Shown: positions 8,481-17,518, numbered from the stretch's first letter. The stretch is DNA of 64,000 nucleotides from Nitrososphaerales archaeon (GCA_030039795.1 JASHUU010000051.1:24028-88027); one strand, 5' to 3'. Made by a program: numbers and translations. Notes: a model not told the origin generated them from the letters alone.

Positions 8481-8501
8481 TTTCCATGTTAAAAGCCTTG
8501 C

Positions 8502-9275
8502 CTAGGCAGGCTGCTGGGCCGCTTCCTCTTCCTTGTAGCCCGTTATCCAACTGTACCCCTTCTCTTCGAGGAGTCTCGAGAGCTCCTCCCCGCCCGACTG
8601 GATTATCCTGCCCTGATGCATGACGTGGACGAACTGCGGCTTCACGTACTTCAGTATCCTCTGGTAGTGAGTTATCAGAAGCGACCCGGTATCAGGGCCC
8701 GAGACCTTGTTTATGCCCTCAGCGACTATGCGCAGCGCGTCGATGTCCAAGCCGGAGTCGGTCTCGTCGAGGACGGCGAACTTCGGCCGCATCAGCGCCA
8801 TCTGGAGTATCTCTGCCCTCTTCTTCTCGCCTCCGGAGAAACCTTCGTTCAGGTACCGGTTCAGGAACGTCTCGTCCATGCTGAGCATCTTCAGCTTGGC
8901 CGCTACCTCCTCCCTGAACTCGAAGATCGTCGGAGGTTCGGTCCCCGGCGGGCGCGAGTTGTTGTAGGCGGCCCTCAGGAATGAGAACATGCTGACTCCC
9001 TGCACGCTTACAGGATATTGGAAGGCTAGGAAGAGCCCTTTCTTGACTCTCTTGTCCGGAGTGAGTTTGATTATGCTCTCCCCTCCTATCAGCACATCCC
9101 CGGACGTCACCTGATACTTCGGGTGTCCCATCAGGGTATAGGCTAGCGTCGACTTGCCTGAGCCGTTCGGGCCCATGAGGGCGTGCGCTTCCCCCTGCCC
9201 TATCGAGAGGTCGACCCCCTTGAGGATCTCCTTCCCCTCGACCGAGGCGTGCAGGTCCTTTATCTCGAGTTTCAT
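8502..9275 (-). CDS. sufC: Fe-S cluster assembly ATPase SufC
   Basis: Carries Walker A GPNGSGKST, the ABC signature FSGGEKKR and Walker B AVLDETDSGLD. Confidence 0.95.
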   Translation of the reverse strand: MKLEIKDLHASVEGKEILKGVDLSIGQGEAHALMGPNGSGKSTLAYTLMGHPKYQVTSGDVLIGGESIIKLTPDKRVKKGLFLAFQYPVSVQGVSMFSFLRAAYNNSRPPGTEPPTIFEFREEVAAKLKMLSMDETFLNRYLNEGFSGGEKKRAEILQMALMRPKFAVLDETDSGLDIDALRIVAEGINKVSGPDTGSLLITHYQRILKYVKPQFVHVMHQGRIIQSGGEELSRLLEEKGYSWITGYKEEEAAQQPA

Positions 9276-9313
9276 GAGAAGTGAGGCTTTCGTCGCTTGA
9301 ATCTATTTAAGTC

Positions 9314-9328
9314 TATAACATAGGTTAT
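9314..9328. promoter_or_regulatory. Candidate operator in the sufC promoter: TATAACATAGGTTAT (copy 2 of 2)
   Basis: Identical 15-mer to 8466-8480. It lies 39-53 nt upstream of the sufC ATG and directly abuts a TTAAATAG TATA-like box (9301-9313 on the plus strand). Confidence 0.45.
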
Positions 9329-9337
9329 ACCGGCGCG

Positions 9338-9832
9338 CTACCACCGGCTGGCTATCTTCCTAGCCACGGCCTCGAGGAACTCGCCGTCCACGGCGGAGAA
9401 GGCGTCCAGCTCGTCGCTGTCCACGTCTATCTCGCCTACGACCGAACCTTGGGCCTTGATGGGGACCACTATCTCCGCCTTCGTCGAGAGGAAGCACTGC
9501 AGGTATCGCGGGTCCTTCGTCACGTCGGACACTATCTCCGTCCTTCCGGACTTCGCCGCGTATCCGCATACGCCCTTCCCTATCGGGATCCTGGTGTGCT
9601 CGGTCGCGCTCGGGCCCGACCACGCGTCGAGGACGAGGTCCTTTCCTTCAACGACGTATATTCCCACCCAAGAGTACGACGGGATCGAGGAGTTCAGCAG
9701 CCTCACGGACGCCTCTCTGGCGGACCGCCCGGATGCCGACGCGATCGCCGACTCCAGCTCGACCAAGACCTCCTTGGCCCTCTCCCTGCTCATCCTGAAC
9801 GCCGTGGCCTTCAAGTCTAGAGTGCTCCCCAC
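9338..9832 (-). CDS. GAF-domain protein, free methionine-(R)-sulfoxide reductase-like
   Basis: The 164-aa sequence contains GKGVCGYAAKSGRTEIVSDVTKDPRYLQCF, which resembles the fRMsr/YebR GAF family with its conserved Cys. Confidence 0.65.
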   Translation of the reverse strand: MGSTLDLKATAFRMSRERAKEVLVELESAIASASGRSAREASVRLLNSSIPSYSWVGIYVVEGKDLVLDAWSGPSATEHTRIPIGKGVCGYAAKSGRTEIVSDVTKDPRYLQCFLSTKAEIVVPIKAQGSVVGEIDVDSDELDAFSAVDGEFLEAVARKIASRW

Positions 9833-9854
9833 TGGAATTATTTATGCCGTATCC

Positions 9855-10547
9855 TCACTTCTCTCGGCCCTCCACCAGGTGGTGGTAGGCCAGGCCCGCC
9901 GCGATCCCGCCGATCACAGGTCCGACGATGTAGATGAACCAATATGCGGGGAAGGGCGAGACGAACAACATAGGGCCTAGGGCCCTCGCGGGGTTCATCG
10001 CCGCCCCGGTGAGGTCTCCTGCCACCATGACGTCGGCCACTACGGCTAGGCCTATCGCAAGCCCGCCGATCCGGGGTCCCTTCGCGTCGACGGCCGTCCC
10101 ATAGACCACGAAGACCAAGACGAAGGTCAGGAGCGCCTCGATGGCTATCCCCTGCCAGTCGGTCAGCGCGGCCGAGAGCGCGGGAGCGCCCCAGCCAGCC
10201 GCCTTTCCGATAGACGAGGGGAAGGAAGCGAAGAGCGCCAGTCCCGCGGCCGCCGCCCCGACCATCTCGGCGACGATGTACAGGGCCGTCTCCTTCGCGC
10301 GGAGCTTCCTCCCCACAAAGAGGCCGACCGCCACCGCGGGGTTCAGGACTCCGCCCGAGATGCCCATGGTCGCTGAGACCGCGACCCCGAGGCCGAGGCC
10401 GTTCGCCAGCGCCGCGACCACCAGCGAGGCCGAAGGGTCGGCGCCCGAGGGGGTCCCCAAGGCCGAGCCCGCCCCTACGAGCACGAAGACGAACGTACCC
10501 AGAAACTCGGCGGCTAGCTTCCTCGAAAGGCCAGGGGCCGCAGACAA
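9855..10547 (-). CDS. aqpM: Aquaporin / MIP-family channel
   Basis: Two NPA boxes are present (GGVLNPAVAVG and GAAMNPARALG), along with six hydrophobic segments. Confidence 0.9.
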   Translation of the reverse strand: MSAAPGLSRKLAAEFLGTFVFVLVGAGSALGTPSGADPSASLVVAALANGLGLGVAVSATMGISGGVLNPAVAVGLFVGRKLRAKETALYIVAEMVGAAAAGLALFASFPSSIGKAAGWGAPALSAALTDWQGIAIEALLTFVLVFVVYGTAVDAKGPRIGGLAIGLAVVADVMVAGDLTGAAMNPARALGPMLFVSPFPAYWFIYIVGPVIGGIAAGLAYHHLVEGREK

Positions 10548-10663
10548 CCGGCGCTCCCTGCGAGAGGTTCCGACTTAAGATTAGCGCCAGAGAGGACTGC
10601 TCTCAGGGGCCGGTGCGGCACGAGAAAATCATTTAAACACCAGGTTGTATACCGGCGATTCAT

Positions 10664-12307
10664 ATGTCAGCTGGAGGACAGCCCGTCATAATCCTGAAGG
10701 AGGGGACCGGCGAGTCGAGAGGTAGAGAGGCTCAAAGGAACAACATCACCGCGGCCAAGCTCATCGCAGAGGTCGTCAGGACCTCGCTCGGGCCCAGGGG
10801 CATGGACAAGATGCTCGTCGACTCGATGGGAGACGTCACAATCACGAACGACGGGGCGACGATGCTGAAGGAGCTGGACGTCCAGCACCCAGCAGCGAAG
10901 ATGATGGTCGAGATAAGCAAAGCGACGGACAACGAGGTAGGTGACGGCACGACCTCGGCCGTGGTCGTGGCCGGCGCGCTGATAGAGAAGGCCGAGGACC
11001 TGATAACGAAGGACGTCCACCCGGTGGTCATCGTAGAGGGATACGCGAAGGCGGCGGAGAAGGCCCAAAGCATCCTCGAGGAGATAGCCGAGAAGGTCGA
11101 CCCACAGGGAAGGGCGGACCTCTTGAAGGTCGCGAACACGAGCATGCTCACAAAGCTGGTGAGCGAAGACGCGCCTCACCTTGCCGGCGTCGTGGTCGAC
11201 TCGATTCTCCAAGTGGCGGAGAAGGCGGAGAAAGGGTTCAAGGTGGACATCGACAACGTGAAGGTGGAGAAGAAGCCCGGAGGAGCGCTCACCGACACGA
11301 AGCTCGTCCAAGGGATAATCCTGGACAAGGAGGTAGTGCACTCGGGGATGCCGAAGCGGGTCGACGAGGCGAAGATAGCCCTCGTGAACTCGGCACTCGA
11401 GATCGAGAAGACGGAGTTCTCGGCGGAGATCAGAATCAACGACCCCCAGCAGATGCAGCAGTTCATGGAGGAAGAGAACAGCATCCTGAAGGGGATGGTC
11501 GACCAGGTGAAAGAAGCGGGGACGACCGTGCTGATCTGTCAGAAGGGGATCGACGACCTCGCGCAGCACTTCCTCGCAAAGGCGGGGATCCTGGCCGTGA
11601 GGAGAGCGAAGGAGAGCGACATGACGAAGCTCTCGAAGGCCACGGGCGCGAGGATAGTTACCAATCTGGACGACCTGACGGGGAAGGACCTAGGGTACGC
11701 CAAGCTGGTCGAGGAGAGGAAGCTCGAAGACGACAAGTGGGTATTCGTCGAAGGCTGCAAGAACCCGAAGGCGGTGACGATACTGGTAAGGGGCGGAACG
11801 CAGCGCATAGTCGACGAAGCCGAGCGGGCCCTCCATGACTCGCTGATGGTGACGAAGGACGTGGTCGAGCTGCCCGCGGTCGTCGCAGGGGGCGGGGCGC
11901 CCGAAGAAGAGGTCTCCTTCCAGCTGAGGGCGTGGGCTCAGAAGCTCTCCGGCAGAGAGCAGCTCGCCGCGCTGAAGTTCGCGGACGCGATCGAGAGCAT
12001 CCCGCTGACGCTCGCGGAGAATGCGGGCATGGACCCCATCGACACCCAGGTCGAGCTCAGGGCCAGGCACGGGAAAGGGGCGAAGTGGTTCGGCGTCGAC
12101 GCCCTCAACGGCAAGTCCGCCGACATGTACGCGAAGTCGGTGTGGGAGCCGCTCGCGGTGAAGCTGCAGATCCTGCGCGCCTCCACCGAGGCGGCATCGA
12201 TGATCCTGCGGATCGACGACGTGATCGCGGCGAGCAAGATGAAGGCGCCGCCCACTCCACCGGGCGGAGGTGGAGGGGGGATGGGCGGCATGCCCCCGAT
12301 GGACTAG
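10664..12307 (+). CDS. ths: Thermosome subunit (group II chaperonin)
   Basis: Contains LGPRGMDKMLVD, ITNDGATMLKELDVQHPAAKM and VGDGTTSAVV, with a GGGGGMGGMPPMD tail. A TATA-like CATTTAAAC lies about 28 nt upstream of the ATG. Confidence 0.95.
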   Translation: MSAGGQPVIILKEGTGESRGREAQRNNITAAKLIAEVVRTSLGPRGMDKMLVDSMGDVTITNDGATMLKELDVQHPAAKMMVEISKATDNEVGDGTTSAVVVAGALIEKAEDLITKDVHPVVIVEGYAKAAEKAQSILEEIAEKVDPQGRADLLKVANTSMLTKLVSEDAPHLAGVVVDSILQVAEKAEKGFKVDIDNVKVEKKPGGALTDTKLVQGIILDKEVVHSGMPKRVDEAKIALVNSALEIEKTEFSAEIRINDPQQMQQFMEEENSILKGMVDQVKEAGTTVLICQKGIDDLAQHFLAKAGILAVRRAKESDMTKLSKATGARIVTNLDDLTGKDLGYAKLVEERKLEDDKWVFVEGCKNPKAVTILVRGGTQRIVDEAERALHDSLMVTKDVVELPAVVAGGGAPEEEVSFQLRAWAQKLSGREQLAALKFADAIESIPLTLAENAGMDPIDTQVELRARHGKGAKWFGVDALNGKSADMYAKSVWEPLAVKLQILRASTEAASMILRIDDVIAASKMKAPPTPPGGGGGGMGGMPPMD

Positions 12308-12360
12308 GCCCGAGTCGAGACAACCAGCCTCAGCGGAAAGACGGTCGGGCGTCGAAAGGG

Positions 12361-12603
12361 TTACTGTTCTTCCTTCTTCTCTTCGGTCTCCGGCTTGCCC
12401 CACCTTCCGACCTTGGGCAACCCCTTGGTCCGGAAGAGGGACATCCCCTGCTGGTACCTTTGGAGCTCGACTTCCAGGAACCTGATGTCCGAGGTGACGG
12501 CCGCGACCTGCTTCTCTGTGCCCTTCCTGCCGGTGAGCTCAGCGAGCCTTGCCTTCTTCTCGTTCACCATCGAGGAGAGAAGCTGCTCGTACTCGGTGGT
12601 CAA
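12361..12603 (-). CDS. Small (80 aa) coiled-coil protein with a Lys/Glu tail; function unknown
   Basis: The ORF has a heptad-like helical sequence and ends in TAA. No family was recognised. Confidence 0.4.
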   Translation of the reverse strand: MTTEYEQLLSSMVNEKKARLAELTGRKGTEKQVAAVTSDIRFLEVELQRYQQGMSLFRTKGLPKVGRWGKPETEEKKEEQ

Positions 12604-12660
12604 GGAAGAGCCGCGGGCGGCGTGTCTAAACTATAAAGGCGTTGTTCGGGCGAGAAGCCC

Positions 12661-12927
12661 GTGAGGTCGCAGCTCTTCGTAGGGGGCACGATGGTCATGC
12701 TGCTCGGCGTGCTCTTCTACGTGACGGTCCTGCCGCTGACCTTTGCCTGGAGCTTCCCGTTCATAGTAGGAGGCGGAGTGATGGTCGTCGCGAGCCTCTT
12801 TGCCCCGGAGAGCTCGGGCCCCGTCGGCCCCCCGGAGGGGTACAAGTTCTGCGTCTTCTGCTCCACCCCGGTGCCCGTCGCGGCGGAGAGGTGTCCCCAT
12901 TGCAACGGCCCCCAGCCAAAGGAGTGA
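12661..12927 (+). CDS. Small membrane protein with a C-terminal zinc ribbon
   Basis: Two hydrophobic helices are followed by FCVFCSTPVPVAAERCPHCNG (CxxC...CxxC). Its stop overlaps the GTG of the next gene (GTGA). Confidence 0.5.
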   Translation: MRSQLFVGGTMVMLLGVLFYVTVLPLTFAWSFPFIVGGGVMVVASLFAPESSGPVGPPEGYKFCVFCSTPVPVAAERCPHCNGPQPKE

Positions 12928-13394
12928 AGAGCGCGCCCAGCGGGGCGGGACATGAGCCAGTCGCGCGGGGTGTCGTCGCCTTCCGCGGCCATCCGATGGT
13001 CAGGTCGCTCCACCCCACCACGATAGAGGTGACGACCGAGGGGCACCTGACTCCCAGGGGCGACTGCATCATCGGCGTCTCGGCTTCGAGCGGGTGCGCG
13101 GAGCTGGACGAGCGACTGAAGGACGCGATAAGGCGGCGCGGGTCAAGGGTGGCGCTGAAGATAGTCGTGGGGTCGGAGGCGTTCTCGATATGGGCGCAGG
13201 GGAGCCCGGGGCTGCAACTCTCCGACGAGCACGACATAGTGGTCAGGAAGAGCGACTTCGTCAGCGACAGGACGCTCGCGGTCAGGGCGAGCGCGGCGGC
13301 CGCGGACATCCCGAGGACCATCGTGTCGCGACTGAGGGACCCCGACTCGGCCGGGAGCCTCCGCATCGAGGTCTTCGGCCCGGGGCCGGAGTGA
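12924..13394 (+). CDS. DUF371-family protein
   Basis: VVAFRGHPMVRSLHPTTIEVTTEGHLTPRGDCIIGV matches my memory of the DUF371 signature (GH...H.TT.E.T...GDCI.GV). The GTG start at 12924 overlaps the upstream stop and is preceded by AAGGAG. The long track ORF 12642..13394 upstream of this point looks like frame noise. Confidence 0.6.
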   Translation: MKSAPSGAGHEPVARGVVAFRGHPMVRSLHPTTIEVTTEGHLTPRGDCIIGVSASSGCAELDERLKDAIRRRGSRVALKIVVGSEAFSIWAQGSPGLQLSDEHDIVVRKSDFVSDRTLAVRASAAAADIPRTIVSRLRDPDSAGSLRIEVFGPGPE

Positions 13395-13445
13395 CAAGGC
13401 GGAGCCGGGCTCAGCGCTATTATTGGGCAGTCGAAGGCCCAAGCC

Positions 13446-13661
13446 GTGAAGCCGAAGGCGAAGGTCCTCAGGGACTACCTGGGGGAGCTGGAGAAGGGCA
13501 AGGAAGGGCGCCCTGACCAGGTGAAGCAGGGCCTGGACATGTACATAGACCTGTGGAAGAGGGCCATCGAGAGGGGTGTTGTCTCCCCCGACGACGACAT
13601 GGAGTCGGCGCTAGAGAAGGTGGACAAGGGCGGCGGGCTGTATGAAGCCGCCGAAGGCTAG
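13446..13661 (+). CDS. Small (71 aa) hypothetical protein
   Basis: The ORF has a GTG start and a helical, charged sequence. No family was recognised. Confidence 0.35.
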   Translation: MKPKAKVLRDYLGELEKGKEGRPDQVKQGLDMYIDLWKRAIERGVVSPDDDMESALEKVDKGGGLYEAAEG

Positions 13662-13667
13662 GCGGCC

Positions 13668-14417
13668 TCAACGCAGGACCTCCCCGCCGTCGACGACCAC
13701 GACCTGGCCCGTGATGAAGCTCGACTCGTCGCTCGCGAGGAATAGGGCGAGGTTGGCCACGTCCGTCGGCTCGCCGAACCTGCGCATCGGAATCGCGGAA
13801 AGATAGGAGTCGCGCTGCGCGGCGTCGAGCCAGTCGACCCACGTCGTCCTGATCGACCCCAGGGCCATGCAGTTGACCCTTACATTCGGAGCCAGGGACT
13901 TTGCCATCATCCGCGTCATGGACACCACCGCACCCTTTGCGGAAGCGTAGGCGAGGCCGTCGGCGTCCCCGGCGAGCGCGGGAGTGGAGGCGATGTTGAC
14001 TATCGACGCGCCCCTCCCCATGAGAGGCAGGGCGCCCTGGATCGAGAGGAAGGTCCCGAAGGCGTCCACTTCGAACACGCTCTTCAGCATGTCAAGGGTG
14101 GTCTCGCCTATCTGCCGCGTCCATAGGCTCCTGTCTGAGAGGCCTGCGCAGTTGACCAGGACGTCCAGGCCCCCCAGCCTGCGCTTGACCTCCGAGAACA
14201 TCTCGCTCACGCTCCCCGGGCTGGACACGTCGCAGTGGATGGTGAGAGCCTCGCCCCCTTCCTTCAGGATCCGCTCCGCCACCTCCTCTTTGTGGGGAGA
14301 GGACAGCCTGTGGCTGACCACGACCTTCGCTCCCTCCTTCGCAAAGAGCGCCGCGACCTCAGCGCCTATGCCGCGAGAGGAGCCTGTGACGAGGGCGCGC
14401 TTTCCAGAGAGCCTCAT
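13668..14417 (-). CDS. Short-chain dehydrogenase/reductase (FabG-like)
   Basis: Contains the LVTGSSRGIGAE Rossmann motif, NCAG and YASAKGAV (YxxxK). Confidence 0.9.
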   Translation of the reverse strand: MRLSGKRALVTGSSRGIGAEVAALFAKEGAKVVVSHRLSSPHKEEVAERILKEGGEALTIHCDVSSPGSVSEMFSEVKRRLGGLDVLVNCAGLSDRSLWTRQIGETTLDMLKSVFEVDAFGTFLSIQGALPLMGRGASIVNIASTPALAGDADGLAYASAKGAVVSMTRMMAKSLAPNVRVNCMALGSIRTTWVDWLDAAQRDSYLSAIPMRRFGEPTDVANLALFLASDESSFITGQVVVVDGGEVLR

Positions 14418-14455
14418 GCCCGAGACGCGCCCTCCCGGAGTCTTAAGCGTAAGGT

Positions 14456-14965
14456 CTACGGCCTGGGCGCCCTCTCGCGGGCGCTCGGGCCTGCGGAGTA
14501 CGTCTTGAGGAACTTGATGTTGAACAGGGACGCCTTCGCGGAGTTCCTCACTATCTCGTCCTTGTCGTCGAGGGCCTCGGTCAGGACTGACTCGGAGTCG
14601 GGGCTCCCTATCGACCCTATGGCGGCCGCCGACTCGTGCCTGACTATGGAGTCGGGGTCCTTTCGGACGGCGAGCGCGAGGGCCCTGTTGCCCTCGGGCA
14701 GGCCTATCTGCCCGAGCGAGAAGGCGGCCTCGTGCCTGACCAGAGGGTCAGGGTCGTTGCGAAGGACGTCCGAAAGCGTCTCCACGCACCCGCTCCCTCC
14801 TACCTCTGCCAGGATGCACACCGCGTGGACCCTCAGCACCAGGCTCGGCTCTGTCTTGAGGACCATGACGAAGTACGACTCGTCCTTGCGGGACCACGCC
14901 TCCTCCATCCCCTTCATCACGTCCATGCAGTGGCCCTCGTCGTCGACCACCGTGTTCGTGTACAT
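14456..14965 (-). CDS. HEAT-repeat (PBS-lyase-type) protein
   Basis: From MYTNTVVDDEGH onward there are repeated D/NPDPLVRHEAAFSLGQIG and DPDSIVRHESAAAIGSIG units. The upstream part of track ORF 14456..15676 overlaps the next gene in another frame and is discarded. Confidence 0.7.
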   Translation of the reverse strand: MYTNTVVDDEGHCMDVMKGMEEAWSRKDESYFVMVLKTEPSLVLRVHAVCILAEVGGSGCVETLSDVLRNDPDPLVRHEAAFSLGQIGLPEGNRALALAVRKDPDSIVRHESAAAIGSIGSPDSESVLTEALDDKDEIVRNSAKASLFNIKFLKTYSAGPSARERAPRP

Positions 14966-15006
14966 TGGCCATCCCAGCCGGCGCTCGGGTATAAAGGAAC
15001 GCGCCC

Positions 15007-16170
15007 TCAGCGGAGGGCGGCCCTGAGGTCCGCGATGAGGTCTTCCGCGTCTTCGACGCCGACAGAGAACCGGACCAGTCCGTCGCCTATCCCCAAGCTC
15101 TCCCTTCTCTCCTTCGGCAGGCTGGCGTGGGTCATCGTAGCCGGGTGCTCGACCAGCGACTCCACGCCTCCGAGGCTCTCGGCGACAGAGAAGAGCCTCA
15201 GCCTCGACAGGAACCTTTCGACCTCCTTGATCCCGCCTTTCATCTCCGCCGACAGCATCCCTCCGGGCATCCGCATCTGCCTCATCGCGAGGGCGCGCTC
15301 CGGATGGGACTTCAGCCCCGGGTAGTGGACGGCAGAGAACCTCGGATGGCGGAACAGGAACTCGGCGACCGCGGCCGCGTTCTCGCTGTGCCTCTTCATC
15401 CTCAGGTGGAGCGTCTTCGACCCTCTGAGGAGGAGGTAGCAGTCGAAGGGAGACGGGACCGCCCCTATGGCGTTCTGGTTGAACTTGACCGACTCGTAGA
15501 GGCGGGAGTCGCTCGTCATCAGGGCGCCGCCTATCACGTCGCTGTGCCCTCCGATGAACTTCGTCGTGCTGTGCGCGACCACGGTCGCGCCGAGCTCCAA
15601 TGGGTTCTGCAGGAACGGGCTTGCGAAGGTGTTGTCGACCACGGTCACCGCTCCGGCCGAGCTTCCTATCGCGCATATCTTCCTGAGGTCGCAGACGTGC
15701 ATCAGGGGGTTCGTGGGGCTCTCGAGCCAGACCACGCGCGTGTTCCTCTTCAGCGCGCCCTCCACGGCCTCCGGCCTCCTCGAGTCGACGTAGGTGAACG
15801 AAACCCCGAACTTCGCGAGCGTCCGTTCGAAGAGCCGCACGGTCCCTCCGTAGAGGTCGTTCTCAGCCACTACGTGGTCGCCCTTCGAGAGGACCGACAT
15901 CAGCAGAGTGGTCTCGGCGGCCATCCCCGAGGAGAAGGCCAGAGCGTGGTCGGCGCCCTCGAGCGACGCCAGCCTCTTCTCCAAGGCGAGCCTGGTCGGG
16001 TTCCCGGTCCTGGAGTATTCGAGGCCCGCCGTGGGCTTGCCCGTCTCTCGCCTGGCGAACGTCGAGCTGAGGTGTATCGGCGCGTTCACATCCCCGAAGG
16101 AGGAGAAGTCCGGCTCCTCTCCTGTGTGGACCGCCCTGGTCCCGAACCCGAGGGCCCTACCTTTTGGCAA
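15007..16170 (-). CDS. Cys/Met-metabolism PLP enzyme (cystathionine gamma-lyase / gamma-synthase family)
   Basis: Contains YSRTGNPTR, VVDNTFASP and HSTTKFIGGHSDV (PLP lysine motif). It overlaps the 3' end of the CBS gene by 14 nt. Confidence 0.85.
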   Translation of the reverse strand: MPKGRALGFGTRAVHTGEEPDFSSFGDVNAPIHLSSTFARRETGKPTAGLEYSRTGNPTRLALEKRLASLEGADHALAFSSGMAAETTLLMSVLSKGDHVVAENDLYGGTVRLFERTLAKFGVSFTYVDSRRPEAVEGALKRNTRVVWLESPTNPLMHVCDLRKICAIGSSAGAVTVVDNTFASPFLQNPLELGATVVAHSTTKFIGGHSDVIGGALMTSDSRLYESVKFNQNAIGAVPSPFDCYLLLRGSKTLHLRMKRHSENAAAVAEFLFRHPRFSAVHYPGLKSHPERALAMRQMRMPGGMLSAEMKGGIKEVERFLSRLRLFSVAESLGGVESLVEHPATMTHASLPKERRESLGIGDGLVRFSVGVEDAEDLIADLRAALR

Positions 16171-17518
16171 TGTATCCCACCACGTCAGCGGCGGTCAGCA
16201 GGGCGAGGGGTTTCTGTCTTTCTGTTACGAGCACGGCCCCTCTGCCGCCGAGCATCGACCCGGGGACCATCAGGTGCCCGTGGACGTCCACCAAAGGGAG
16301 AGGGGGCTCCATCACTTCGGAGACCCTCCTGGGACCGCCTCCGGCGGACGCCACCAGCGTGGCTGGTGTCAAGCAGCCAAGCTGCACCCCTTCTTCTACG
16401 ACAGGGAGGAAGGAGACCTTGCGCCTTGCCATCACCGACATAGCATGTGAGACGCTGTCGCGAGGGCCAACGGCCGCGAGTCCCGCGCGGTCCCGCCGCG
16501 CGGACTTCAGCAGCGCCGAGACGCGGACCCGACGGGAGGTCGAAGGGGCGAACCCGTGCTCCTTCATCCAGTCGTCGTTGTACACCTTGCCGAGGTAGCT
16601 CCTCCCCGTGTCAGGGAGTATCACGACGGCCAGCTTGAGCCCCTTCAGCGCCCTCGAGGCCTTCAGGGCGCCCGCGACAGCTGCTCCAGACGAAGAGCCG
16701 GCGAGGATCCCTTCTTCCCTGGCGAGGCGGCGCGTCATGAGCATGGCCTCCTTGTCTGAGACCGTCACGAAACTGTCAATCACTTGCATGTCTAGGGTGC
16801 CGGGGACGAAGTCCTCGCCGATGCCTTCGACCTTGTATGCCCGCGCACGCGACTCCTTCCCCCCGAACTTCGAGGCGAGTATCGACCCCTCGGGGTCGAC
16901 GCCTACTATCTTGGCGGACGGGTTCTTCTCCTTGAGGTACCTGCCCGTCCCTGAGATCGTCCCTCCTGTGCCCACCCCCGCCACGAGGGCGTCGACCTTG
17001 CCCCCGGTCTGCGACCATATCTCCGGCCCCGTGGTCGCGTAGTGGGCCGCCGGATTCGCCGGGTTCCCATACTGGTTGGGCAGGTAGGAGTTTGGCGTCT
17101 CCTTTGCGATCCTCTTCGCCAGACTGATGTAGCTCGCGGGGTGCCCCGGCGGGACGCCGGAGGGCGTGACCCTGACCTCGGCGCCGACCGCCCTGAGGAG
17201 GTCGACCTTGTCCTTGCTCATCTTGTCAGGCACTGTGAAGACCACTCTGTACCCTCTCTGTACCGCGGCCAGGGCGAGGCCCATCCCTGTGTTACCCGAG
17301 GTGGGCTCGACTATGGTCGAGCCCCGCTGGAGGAGCCCCTTTCTCTCCGCGTCGCGTATCATGGCGAGCCCAATCCTGTCCTTGACGCTCCCTCCCGGAT
17401 TCAGGAACTCCAGCTTGGCGTACAGCGCCGGTTCGAGTCCTTCCGAAACCTTGGCCAGCCGCACCAGCGGCGTGCCTCCGACCAAGTCGAGGACGCTTTC
17501 GACTATTCGGGCCGACAA
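16157..17518 (-). CDS. Cystathionine beta-synthase-like enzyme (cysteine synthase fold plus a C-terminal CBS/Bateman pair)
   Basis: The N-terminal region carries GGSVKDRIG, EPTSGNTG and GVGTGGTISG. The C-terminal roughly 120 aa look like tandem CBS domains. Confidence 0.8.
   Translation of the reverse strand: MSARIVESVLDLVGGTPLVRLAKVSEGLEPALYAKLEFLNPGGSVKDRIGLAMIRDAERKGLLQRGSTIVEPTSGNTGMGLALAAVQRGYRVVFTVPDKMSKDKVDLLRAVGAEVRVTPSGVPPGHPASYISLAKRIAKETPNSYLPNQYGNPANPAAHYATTGPEIWSQTGGKVDALVAGVGTGGTISGTGRYLKEKNPSAKIVGVDPEGSILASKFGGKESRARAYKVEGIGEDFVPGTLDMQVIDSFVTVSDKEAMLMTRRLAREEGILAGSSSGAAVAGALKASRALKGLKLAVVILPDTGRSYLGKVYNDDWMKEHGFAPSTSRRVRVSALLKSARRDRAGLAAVGPRDSVSHAMSVMARRKVSFLPVVEEGVQLGCLTPATLVASAGGGPRRVSEVMEPPLPLVDVHGHLMVPGSMLGGRGAVLVTERQKPLALLTAADVVGYIAKR

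Noticed and set aside
10631-10663. Similarity between the thermosome promoter (AGGTTGTATACCGGCG) and the sequence flanking the sufC motif (AGGTTATACCGGCG)
   Set aside because: The shared string is short and lies outside the 15-nt repeat core. It could be chance or generic promoter context.
14966-15676. Upstream 237 codons of track ORF 14456..15676 (an Arg/Gly/Pro-rich translation)
   Set aside because: It overlaps the clearly recognisable cystathionine gamma-lyase-family gene in another frame. The composition is typical of shadow ORFs in high-G+C DNA. Only the HEAT-repeat part from 14965 downward looks real.
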